A stretch of 64,000 bases of DNA from the NCBI RefSeq assembly GCF_963921235.1, contig NC_086097.1:140988001-141052000 (forward strand), given 5' to 3'. The DNA comes from Mobula hypostoma (lineage: Eukaryota). A program made the position numbers and the translations under genes. Position 1 is the first letter of the stretch; every line of letters starts with the position of its first letter. This document shows positions 33,556 to 45,500 of the stretch, in pieces. A model generated the notes under the pieces. It did no database searches and was not told where the DNA came from. It worked only from the letters and a program-made list of their open reading frames with translations.

Positions 33556-36500
33556 CACGAGGATGGAGTCTTCAGTCTTGAGGCTAAGCAGGAGTCTTGA
33601 GTCTTCAGAATAGGCAGGAGGCTGGGGTCTTCAAGCTTGAGTTTAGGCAGGAGGTTGGAGTCTTCAGGCTAGAGGCTAAGCAGGAGGCTGGAATTTTCAG
33701 GCTAGAGGCTAGGCAGAAGGATGTTGTCTTCAGGCTAGAGGCTAGGCAGGATGTTGGAGTCTTCAGGCCTGAAGCTAGGCAGGAGGCTGGAGTCTTCAGG
33801 CTAGAAGCTAGGCTGGAGGCTGGAGTCTTCAGGCGTGAGGCTCAGCAGGAGGCTGGAGTCTTCAGGCTTGAGGCTAGGCAGGAGGCTAGTGTCTTCAGGC
33901 ATCAGGCTGGGCAGGAATCTGGAGTGTTCAGGCTTGAGGCTAAGCAGGAGGTTTGAGCCTTCAGGCTCGAGGCTAGGCAGGAGGATGGAGTCGTCAGGAT
34001 TGAGGCTGAGGCTGGGCAGGAGACTGGAGTCTTCAGGCTTGAGGCTAGGCAGTAGTCTGCAGTCTTCAGGCTAGAGGCAAGGCAAGAGGCTGCAGTCTTC
34101 AGGCTAGATGCTAGGCATGATGTTGGAGTCGTCAGGATTGAGGCTAGGCAGGAGGCTGGAGTCTTCAGGCTTGAGGCTAGGCAGGAGACCGGAGACTTCA
34201 GGTTTGTGGCTAGGCAGGAGGCTGTATTCTTCAGGCTAGAGGCTAGGCAGGAGGGTAGAGTCTTCAGGCTTGAGGCTAGGCAGGAGGCTAGAGTCTTCAG
34301 GCTTGCGGCTAGGAGGAGGCTGGTGTCTTCAGGCATCAGACTGGGCAGGAATCTGAAGTCTTCAGGCTTGAGACTAAGCAGGAGGCAGGAGTCGACAGGA
34401 TTGAGGCTGATGCTAGGCAGGAGTCTGGACTCTTCAGGCTAGAGTCTAGGCAGGAGGCTTGAGTCTTCAAGCTTGAGGCTAGGCAGGAGGCTGGAGTCTT
34501 CAGGCGTGAGGCTAGGCAGGAGGCTGCAGTCTTCAGGCTTGAGGCTAGGCAGGAGGCTAGAGTCTTCAGGCTTGCGGCTAGGAGGAGGCTGGTGTCTTCA
34601 GGCATCAGACTGGGCAGGAATCTGAAGTCTTCAGGCTTGAGACTCAGCAGGAGGCAGGAGTCGACAGGATTGAGGCTGATGCTAGGCAGGAGTCTGGACT
34701 CTTCAGGCTAGAGGCTAGGCAGGAGGCTTGAGTCTTCAAGCTTGAGGCTAGGCAGGAGGCTGGAGTCTTCAGGCGTGAGGCTAGGCAGGAGGCTGCAGTC
34801 TTCAGGCTAGAGGATAGGCAGGAGGCTGCAGTCTTCAGGCTAGATGCTAGGCATGATTGTGGAGTCGTCAGGATTGAGGCTAGGCAGGAGTCTGGAGTAT
34901 TCAGGCTTCAGGCTAGGCAGCTGGCTGGATTATTCAGGTTTCAGGCTAGGCAGGAGGCTGGAATCTTCAGGTTAGAGGCTAAGCACGAGGCTGGTGTCTT
35001 CAGGCATCAGGATAGGCACGAAGCTGGAGTCTTCAAGCTTGAGGCTAGGCAGGAGGCTGGAGTCTTCAGCCGTGAGGACAGGCAGGAGGATGGAGACTTC
35101 AGTCTTGAGGCTAAGCAGGAGTCTTGAGTCTTCAGACTAGGCAGGAGGCTGGAGTCTTCAAGCTTGAGGTTAGGCAGGAGGTTGGAGTCTTCAGACTAGA
35201 GGCTAGGCAGAAGGCTGTAGTCTTCAGGCTAGAGGCTAGGCAGGACGTTGGAGTCTTCAGGCTTCAGGCTAGGCGGAAGGCTGGAGCCTTCAGGATTGTG
35301 GCTAGGCAGGAGGCTGGAGTCTTACGGATTGAGGCTAGGCAGGAGGATGGAATCATCAGGCTTGAGGCTAGGCTGGAGGCTGGAGTCTTCAGGCTTGAGG
35401 TTAGGCAGGAGCCTGGAGTCTTCAGGCTTGAGACGAGGCAGGAGGCTGAAGTCTTTAGGTTTGAGGCTCGGCAGGAGGATGGAGTCTTCAGGCTTGCGGC
35501 TAGGAAGGAGGCTGGTGTCTTCAGGCATCAGACTGGGCAGGAATCTGAAGTCTTCAGGCTTGAGACTAAGCAGGAGTCTGGAGTCGTCAGGATTGAGGCT
35601 GATGCTAGGCAGGAGTCTGGACTCTTCAGGCTAGAGGCTAGGCAGGAGGCTTTAGTCTTCAAGCTTGAGGCTAGGCAGGAGGCTGGAGTCTTCAGGCGTG
35701 AGGCTAGGCAGGTGGCTGCAGTCTTCAGGCTACAGGATAGGCAGGAGGCTGCAGTCTTCAGGCTAGATGCTAGGCATGATTGTGGAGTCGTCAGGATTGA
35801 GGCTAGGCAGGAGTCTGGAGTATTCAGGCATCAGGCTTGGCAGCGGGCAGCATTATTCAGGTTTCAGGCTAGACAGGAGGCTGGAATCTTCAGGCTAGAG
35901 GCTAAGCACGAGGCTGGTGTCTTCAGGCATCAGGATAGGCACGAAGCTGGAGTCTTCAAGCTTGAGGCTAGGCAGGAGGCTGGAGTCTTCAGGCGTGAGG
36001 CTAGGCAGGAGGATGGAGACTTCAGTCTTGAGGCTAAGCAGGAGTCTTGAGTCTTCAGACTAGGCAGGAGGCTGGAGTCTTCAAGCTTGAGGTTAGGCAG
36101 GAGGTTGGAGTCTTCAGGTGAGAGGCTAAGCAGGAGGCTGGAGTTTTCAGGCTAGAGGCTAGGCAGAAGGCTGCAGTCTTCAGGCTAGAGGCTAGGCAGG
36201 ATGTTGGAGTCTTCAGACTTGAGGTTAGGCAGGCGGCTGGAGTCTTCACGTTTGAGGCTAGGCAGGAGGCTGGAGTCTTCAGGTTTGAGGCTAAACAGGA
36301 GGCTGGAGTCTTCAGGCTTGAGGCTAGGCAGGAGGCTAGTGTCTTCAGGCATCAGGCTGGGCAGGAATCTGGAGTGTTCAGGCTTGAGGCTAGGCAGGAG
36401 ACTGGACTCTTCAGGCTTGAGGCTAGGCAGGAGGCTGGAATCTTCAGACTTGAGGTTAGGCAGAAGGCTTGAGTCTTCAAGCTTGAGGCTAGGCAGGAGG

Positions 36501-39500
36501 CTGGAGTCTTCAGGCTTGAGGATAAGCAGGAGGTTTGAGCCTTCAGGCTCGTGGCTAGGCAGGAGGATGGAGTCGTCAGGATTGAGGCTGAGGCTTGGCA
36601 GGAGGCTGGATTCGTCAGACGTGAGGCTCGGCTGAAAGCTGTATTCTTCAAGCTTGAGGCGAGGGAGGAGGCTGGAGTCTACAGGCCTGAGGCTAGGCAG
36701 GAGGCTGGAGTCTTCAGGCTAGAGGCTAGGTTCGAGGCTGCTGACTTCAGGCTTGAGGCTTGGCAGGAGGCTGGAATCTTCAGGCTTGAGGCTAGGCAGG
36801 AGGCTGAAAACTTCAGGCCTGAGACAAGGCAGGAGGATGGAGTATTCAATCTTCACGCTAGGCAGGAGGCTGGAGTCTTCAGGCGTGAGCCTAGGCAGGA
36901 GGCCGGAGTCATCAGGCTTGAGGACAGGCAGGAGGCTGGTGTCTTCAGGCTAGGGGCTAGGTTCATGGCTGATGACTTCAGGCTTGTAGCTAGGCAGGAG
37001 GGTGGAGTAGTCAGGCTTGAGGCTAGGCAGGAGGCTGTATTCTTCAGGCTAGAGGCTAGGCAGGAGGCTGGAGTCTTCAGACTTGAGGTTAGGCAGGAGG
37101 CTGGATTATTCAAGCTTGAGGCTAGGCAGGAGGCTGGAGTCTTCAGGCGTGAGGCTACGCAGGGGGCTGGAGTTTTCAGGCTTGAGACTAGGCAGCAGGC
37201 TGGAATCTTCAGGCTTCAAGTTCGGCAGGAGCCTGGAGTCTTCAGGCTTGAGACTAGGCTGGATGCTGGAGTCTTCAGGCTTGAGGCTAGGCAGCAGGCT
37301 GGAGTCTTCAGGTTAGAGGCTAGGCAGGAGGCTGGAGTCTTCAGGCTAGAGGCTAGGCAGGAGGCTGGAGTCTTCAGGCTTGAGACTAGGCAGGGGGCCT
37401 GAATCTTCAGGTTAGAGGTTAGGCAGGAGGCTGGAGTCTTCAGGCTAGAGGCTAGGTTCGAGGCTGCTGACTTCAGGCTTGAAGCTTGGCAGGAGGCTGG
37501 AGTCTTCAGGTTAGAGGCTAGGCAGGAGGCTGGAGTCTTCAGGCTAGAGGCTAGGCAGGAGGCTGGAGTCTTCAGGCTTGAGACTAGGCAGGGGGCCTGA
37601 GTCTTCAGGTTAGAGGTTAGGCAGGAGGCTGGAGTCTTCAGGTTTGAGGCTCGGCAGGAGGGTGGAGAAATCAGTCTAGAGGCTTGGCAGGAGGCTGGAT
37701 TCGTCAGACGTGAAGCTAGGCTGAAGGCTGGAGTCTTCAGGCTAGAGGCTAGGCAGGAGGCTGCAGTCTTCAGGCTAGAGGCTAGGCAGGAGGCTGGAGT
37801 CTTCAGGCTTGAGGATCGGCAGGAGGCTGGAGTCTTCAGACTTGAGACTAGGCAGGGGGCCTGAGTCTTCAGGTTAGAGGTTAGGCAGGAGGCTGGAGTC
37901 TTCAAGCTTGAGGTTAGGCAGGAGGTTGGAGTCTTCAGACTAGAGGCTAGGCAGAAGGCTGTAGTCTTCAGGCTAGAGGCTAGGCAGGACGTTGGAGTCT
38001 TCAGGCTTCAGGCTAGGCGGAAGGCTGGAGCCTTCAGGATTGTGGCTAGGCAGGAGGCTGGAGTCTTACGGATTGAGGCTAGGCAGGAGGATGGAATCAT
38101 CAGGCTTGAGGCTAGGCTGGAGGCTGGAGTCTTCAGGCTTGAGGTTAGGCAGGAGCCTGGAGTCTTCAGGCTTGAGACGAGGCAGGAGGCTGAAGTCTTT
38201 AGGTTTGAGGCTCGGCAGGAGGATGGAGTCTTCAGGCTTGCGGCTAGGAAGGAGGCTGGTGTCTTCAGGCATCAGACTGGGCAGGAATCTGAAGTCTTCA
38301 GGCTTGAGACTAAGCAGGAGTCTGGAGTCGTCAGGATTGAGGCTGATGCTAGGCAGGAGTCTGGACTCTTCAGGCTAGAGGCTAGGCATGATTGTGGAGT
38401 CGTCAGGATTGAGGCTAGGCAGGAGTCTGGAGTATTCAGGCATCAGGCTAGGCAGCGGGCAGCATTATTCAGGTTTCAGGCTAGGCAGGAGGCTGGAATC
38501 TTCAAGCTTGAGGCTAGGCAGGAGGCTGGAGTCTTCAGGCGTGAGGCTAGGCAGGAGGATGGAGACTTCAGTCTTGAGGCTAAGCAGGAGTCTTGAGTCT
38601 TCAGACTAGGCAGGAGGCTGGAGTCTTCAAGCTTGAGGTTAGGCAGGAGGTTGGAGTCTTCAGGTGAGAGGCTAAGCAGGAGGCTGGAGTTTTCAGGCTA
38701 GAGGCTAGGCAGAAGGCTGCAGTCTTCAGGCTAGAGGCTAGGCAGGATGTTGGAGTCTTCAGACTTGAGGTTAGGCAGGCGGCTGGAGTCTTCACGTTTG
38801 AGGCTAGGCAGGAGGCTGGAGTCTTCAGGTTTGAGGCTAAACAGGAGGCTGGAGTCTTCAGGCTTGAGGCTAGGCAGGAGGCTAGTGTCTTCAGGCATCA
38901 GGCTGGGCAGGAATCTGGAGTGTTCAGGCTTGAGGCTAGGCAGGAGACTGGACTCTTCAGGCTTGAGGCTAGGCAGGAGGCTGGAATCTTCAGACTTGAG
39001 GTTAGGCAGAAGGCTTGAGTCTTCAAGCTTGAGGCTAGGCAGGAGGCTGGAGTCTTCAGGCTTGAGGATAGGCAGGAGGAGTGAGCCTTCAGGCTCGTGG
39101 CTAGGCAGGAGGATGGAGTCGTCAGGATTGAGGCTGAGGCTTGGCAGGAGGCTGGATTCGTCAGACGTGAGGCTCGGCTGAAAGCTGTATTCTTCAAGCT
39201 TGAGGCGAGGGAGGAGGCTGGAGTCTACAGGCCTGAGGCTAGGCAGGAGGCTGGAGTCTTCAGGCTAGAGGCTAGGTTCGAGGCTGCTGACTTCAGGCTT
39301 GAGGCTTGGCAGGAGGCTGGAATCTTCAGGCTTGAGGCTAGGCAGGAGGCTGAAAACTTCAGGCCTGAGACAAGGCAGGAGGATGGAGTATTCAATCTTC
39401 ACGCTAGGCAGGAGGCTGGAGTCTTCAGGCGTGAGCCTAGGCAGGAGGCCGGAGTCATCAGGCTTGAGGACAGGCAGGAGGCTGGTGTCTTCAGGCTAGG

Positions 39501-42500
39501 GGCTAGGTTCATGGCTGATGACTTCAGGCTTGTAGCTAGGCAGGAGGGTGGAGTAGTCAGGCTAGAGGATAGGCAGGAGGCTGCAGTCTTCAGGCGTGAG
39601 GCTAGGCAGGAGGCTGCAGTCTTCAGGCTAGAGGATAGGCAGGAGGCTGCAGTCTTCAGGCTAGATGCTAGGCATGATTGTGGAGTCGTCAGGATTGAGG
39701 CTAGGCAGGAGTCTGGAGTATTCAGGCTTCAGGCTAGGCAGCTGGCTGGATTATTCAGGTTTCAGGCTAGGCAGGAGGCTGGAATCTTCAGGTTAGAGGC
39801 TAAGCACGAGGCTGGTGTCTTCAGGCATCAGGATAGGCACGAAGCTGGAGTCTTCAAGCTTGAGGCTAGGCAGGAGGCTGGAGTCTTCAGCCGTGAGGAC
39901 AGGCAGGAGGATGGAGACTTCAGTCTTGAGGCTAAGCAGGAGTCTTGAGTCTTCAGACTAGGCAGGAGGCTGGAGTCTTCAAGCTTGAGGTTAGGCAGGA
40001 GGTTGGAGTCTTCAGACTAGAGGCTAGGCAGAAGGCTGTAGTCTTCAGGCTAGAGGCTAGGCAGGACGTTGGAGTCTTCAGGCTTCAGGCTAGGCGGAAG
40101 GCTGGAGCCTTCAGGATTGTGGCTAGGCAGGAGGCTGGAGTCTTACGGATTGAGGCTAGGCAGGAGGATGGAATCATCAGGCTTGAGGCTAGGCTGGAGG
40201 CTGGAGTCTTCAGGCTTGAGGTTAGGCAGGAGCCTGGAGTCTTCAGGCTTGAGACGAGGCAGGAGGCTGAAGTCTTTAGGTTTGAGGCTCGGCAGGAGGA
40301 TGGAGTCTTCAGGCTTGCGGCTAGGAAGGAGGCTGGTGTCTTCAGGCATCAGACTGGGCAGGAATCTGAAGTCTTCAGGCTTGAGACTAAGCAGGAGTCT
40401 GGAGTCGTCAGGATTGAGGCTGATGCTAGGCAGGAGTCTGGACTCTTCATGCTAGAGGCTAGGCAGGAGGCTTTAGTCTTCAAGCTTGAGGCTAGGCAGG
40501 AGGCTGGAGTCTTCAGGCGTGAGGCTAGGCAGGTGGCTGCAGTCTTCAGGCTACAGGATAGGCAGGAGGCTGCAGTCTTCAGGCTAGATGCTAGGCATGA
40601 TTGTGGAGTCGTCAGGATTGAGGCTAGGCAGGAGTCTGGAGTATTCAGGCATCAGGCTAGGCAGCGGGCAGCATTATTCAGGTTTCAGGCTAGGCAGGAG
40701 GCTGGAACCTTCAAGCTTGAGGCTAGGCAGGAGGCTGGAGTCTTCAGGCGTGAGGCTAGGCAGGAGGATGGAGACTTCAGTCTTGAGGCTAAGCAGGAGT
40801 CTTGAGTCTTCAGACTAGGCAGGAGGCTGGAGTCTTCAAGCTTGAGGTTAGGCAGGAGGTTGGAGTCTTCAGGTGAGAGGCTAAGCAGGAGGCTGGAGTT
40901 TTCAGGCTAGAGGCTAGGCAGAAGGCTGCAGTCTTCAGGCTAGAGGCTAGGCAGGATGTTGGAGTCTTCAGACTTGAGGTTAGGCAGGCGGCTGGAGTCT
41001 TCACGTTTGAGGCTAGGCAGGAGGCTGGAGTCTTCAGGTTTGAGGCTAAACAGGAGGCTGGAGTCTTCAGGCTTGAGGCTAGGCAGGAGGCTAGTGTCTT
41101 CAGGCATCAGGCTGGGCAGGAATCTGGAGTGTTCAGGCTTGAGGCTAGGCAGGAGACTGGACTCTTCAGGCTTGAGGCTAGGCAGGAGGCTGGAATCTTC
41201 AGACTTGAGGTTAGGCAGAAGGCTTGAGTCTTCAAGCTTGAGGCTAGGCAGGAGGCTGGAGTCTTCAGGCTTGAGGATAAGCAGGAGGTTTGAGCCTTCA
41301 GGCTCGTGGCTAGGCAGGAGGATGGAGTCGTCAGGATTGAGGCTGAGGCTTGGCAGGAGGCTGGATTCGTCAGACGTGAGGCTCGGCTGAAAGCTGTATT
41401 CTTCAAGCTTGAGGCGAGGGAGGAGGCTGGAGTCTACAGGCCTGAGGCTAGGCAGGAGGCTGGAGTCTTCAGGCTAGAGGCTAGGTTCGAGGCTGCTGAC
41501 TTCAGGCTTGAGGCTTGGCAGGAGGCTGGAATCTTCAGGCTTGAGGCTAGGCAGGAGGCTGAAAACTTCAGGCCTGAGACAAGGCAGGAGGATGGAGTAT
41601 TCAATCTTCACGCTAGGCAGGAGGCTGGAGTCTTCAGGCGTGAGCCTAGGCAGGAGGCCGGAGTCATCAGGCTTGAGGACAGGCAGGAGGCTGGTGTCTT
41701 CAGGCTAGGGGCTAGGTTCATGGCTGATGACTTCAGGCTTGTAGCTAGGCAGGAGGGTGGAGTAGTCAGGCTTGAGGCTAGGCAGGAGGCTGTATTCTTC
41801 AGGCTAGAGGCTAGGCAGGAGGCTGGAGTCTTCAGACTTGAGGTTAGGCAGGAGGCTGGATTATTCAAGCTTGAGGCTAGGCAGGAGGCTGGAGTCTTCA
41901 GGCGTGAGGCTACGCAGGGGGCTGGAGTTTTCAGGCTTGAGACTAGGCAGCAGGCGGGAATCTTCAGGCTTCAAGTTCGGCAGGAGCCTGGAGTCTTCAG
42001 GCTTGAGACTAGGCTGGATGCTGGAGTCTTCAGGCTTGAGGCTAGGCAGCAGGCTGGAGTCTTCAGGTTAGAGGCTAGGCAGGAGGCTGGAGTCTTCAGG
42101 CTAGAGGCTAGGCAGGAGGCTGGAGTCTTCAGGCTTGAGACTAGGCAGGGGGCCTGAATCTTCAGGTTAGAGGTTAGGCAGGAGGCTGGAGTCTTCAGGC
42201 TAGAGGCTAGGTTCGAGGCTGCTGACTTCAGGCTTGAAGCTTGGCAGGAGGCTGGAGTCTTCAGGTTAGAGGCTAGGCAGGAGGCTGGAGTCTTCAGGCT
42301 AGAGGCTAGGCAGGAGGCTGGAGTCTTCAGGCTTGAGACTAGGCAGGGGGCCTGAGTCTTCAGGTTAGAGGTTAGGCAGGAGGCTGGAGTCTTCAGGTTT
42401 GAGGCTCGGCAGGAGGGTGGAGAAATCAGTCTAGAGGCTTGGCAGGAGGCTGGATTCGTCAGACGTGAAGCTAGGCTGAAGGCTGGAGTCTTCAGGCTAG

Positions 42501-45500
42501 AGGCTAGGCAGGAGGCTGCAGTCTTCAGGCTAGAGGCTAGGCAGGAGGCTGGAGTCTTCAGGCTTGAGGATCGGCAGGAGGCTGGAGTCTTCAGACTTGA
42601 GACTAGGCAGGGGGCCTGAGTCTTCAGGTTAGAGGTTAGGCAGGAGGCTGGAGTCTTCAAGCTTGAGGTTAGGCAGGAGGTTGGAGTCTTCAGACTAGAG
42701 GCTAGGCAGAAGGCTGTAGTCTTCAGGCTAGAGGCTAGGCAGGACGTTGGAGTCTTCAGGCTTCAGGCTAGGCGGAAGGCTGGAGCCTTCAGGATTGTGG
42801 CTAGGCAGGAGGCTGGAGTCTTACGGATTGAGGCTAGGCAGGAGGATGGAATCATCAGGCTTGAGGCTAGGCTGGAGGCTGGAGTCTTCAGGCTTGAGGT
42901 TAGGCAGGAGCCTGGAGTCTTCAGGCTTGAGACGAGGCAGGAGGCTGAAGTCTTTAGGTTTGAGGCTCGGCAGGAGGATGGAGTCTTCAGGCTTGCGGCT
43001 AGGAAGGAGGCTGGTGTCTTCAGGCATCAGACTGGGCAGGAATCTGAAGTCTTCAGGCTTGAGACTAAGCAGGAGTCTGGAGTCGTCAGGATTGAGGCTG
43101 ATGCTAGGCAGGAGTCTGGACTCTTCAGGCTAGAGGCTAGGCAGGAGGCTTTAGTCTTCAAGCTTGAGGCTAGGCAGGAGGCTGGAGTCTTCAGGCGTGA
43201 GGCTAGGCAGGTGGCTGCAGTCTTCAGGCTACAGGATAGGCAGGAGGCTGCAGTCTTCAGGCTAGATGCTAGGCATGATTGTGGAGTCGTCAGGATTGAG
43301 GCTAGGCAGGAGTCTGGAGTATTCAGGCATCAGGCTAGGCAGCGGGCAGCATTATTCAGGTTTCAGGCTAGGCAGGAGGCTGGAATCTTCAAGCTTGAGG
43401 CTAGGCAGGAGGATGGAGACTTCAGTCTTGAGGCTAAGCAGGAGTCTTGAGTCTTCAGACTAGGCAGGAGGCTGGAGTCTTCAAGCTTGAGGTTAGGCAG
43501 GAGGTTGGAGTCTTCAGGTGAGAGGCTAAGCAGGAGGCTGGAGTTTTCAGGCTAGAGGCTAGGCAGAAGGCTGCAGTCTTCAGGCTAGAGGCTAGGCAGG
43601 ATGTTGGAGTCTTCAGACTTGAGGTTAGGCAGGCGGCTGGAGTCTTCACGTTTGAGGCTAGGCAGGAGGCTGGAGTCTTCAGGTTTGAGGCTAAACAGGA
43701 GGCTGCAGTCTTCAGGCTAGATGCTAGGCATGATTGTGGAGTCGTCAGGATTGAGGCTAGGCAGGAGTCTGGAGTATTCAGGCATCAGGCTAGGCAGCGG
43801 GCAGCATTATTCAGGTTTCAGGCTAGGCAGGAGGCTGGAATCTTCAAGCTTGAGGCTAGGCAGGAGGATGGAGACTTCAGTCTTGAGGCTAAGCAGGAGT
43901 CTTGAGTCTTCAGACTAGGCAGGAGGCTGGAGTCTTCAAGCTTGAGGTTAGGCAGGAGGTTGGAGTCTTCAGGTGAGAGGCTAAGCAGGAGGCTGGAGTT
44001 TTCAGGCTAGAGGCTAGGCAGAAGGCTGCAGTCTTCAGGCTAGAGGCTAGGCAGGATGTTGGAGTCTTCAGACTTGAGGTTAGGCAGGCGGCTGGAGTCT
44101 TCACGTTTGAGGCTAGGCAGGAGGCTGGAGTCTTCAGGTTTGAGGCTAAACAGGAGGCTGGAGTCTTCAGGCTTGAGGCTAGGCAGGAGGCTAGTGTCTT
44201 CAGGCATCAGGCTGGGCAGGAATCTGGAGTGTTCAGGCTTGAGGCTAGGCAGGAGTCTGGACTCTTCAGGCTTGAGGCTAGGCAGGAGGCTGGAATCTTC
44301 AGACTTGAGGTTAGGCAGAAGGCTTGAGTCTTCAAGCTTGAGGCTAGGCAGGAGGCTGGAGTCTTCAGGCTTGAGGATAAGCAGGAGGTTTGAGCCTTCA
44401 GGCTCGTGGCTAGGCAGGAGGATGGAGTCGTCAGGATTGAGGCTGAGGCTTGGCAGGAGGCTGGATTCGTCAGACGTGAGGCTCGGCTGAAAGCTGTATT
44501 CTTCAAGCTTGAGGCGAGGGAGGAGGCTGGAGTCTACAGGCCTGAGGCTAGGCAGGAGGCTGGAGTCTTCAGGCTAGAGGCTAGGTTCGAGGCTGCTGAC
44601 TTCAGGCTTGAGGCTTGGCAGGAGGCTGGAATCTTCAGGCTTGAGGCTAGGCAGGAGGCTGAAAACTTCAGGCCTGAGACAAGGCAGGAGGATGGAGTAT
44701 TCAATCTTCACGCTAGGCAGGAGGCTGGAGTCTTCAGGCGTGAGCCTAGGCAGGAGGCCGGAGTCATCAGGCTTGAGGACAGGCAGGAGGCTGGTGTCTT
44801 CAGGCTAGGGGCTAGGTTCATGGCTGATGACTTCAGGCTTGTAGCTAGGCAGGAGGGTGGAGTAGTCAGGCTTGAGGCTAGGCAGGAGGCTGTATTCTTC
44901 AGGCTAGAGGCTGGGCAGGAGGCTGGAGTCTTCAGACTTGAGGTTAGGCAGGAGGCTGGATTATTCAAGCTTGAGGCTAGGCAGGAGGCTGGAGTCTTCA
45001 GGCGTGAGGCTACGCAGGGGGCTGGAGTTTTCAGGCTTGAGACTAGGCAGCAGGCTGGAATCTTCAGGCTTCAAGTTCGGCAGGAGCCTGGAGTCTTCAG
45101 GCTTGAGACTAGGCTGGATGCTGGAGTCTTCAGGCTTGAGGCTAGGCAGCAGGCTGGAGTCTTCAGGTTAGAGGCTAGGCAGGAGGCTGGAGTCTTCAGG
45201 CTAGAGGCTAGGCAGGAGGCTGGAGTCTTCAGGCTTGAGACTAGGCAGGGGGCCTGAGTCTTCAGGTTAGAGGTTAGGCAGGAGGCTGGAGTCTTCAGGC
45301 TAGAGGCTAGGTTCGAGGCTGCTGACTTCAGGCTTGAAGCTTGGCAGGAGGCTGGAGTCTTCAGGTTAGAGGCTAGGCAGGAGGCTGGAGTCTTCAGGCT
45401 AGAGGCTAGGCAGGAGGCTGGAGTCTTCAGGCTTGAGACTAGGCAGGGGGCCTGAGTCTTCAGGTTAGAGGTTAGGCAGGAGGCTGGAGTATTCAGGTTT

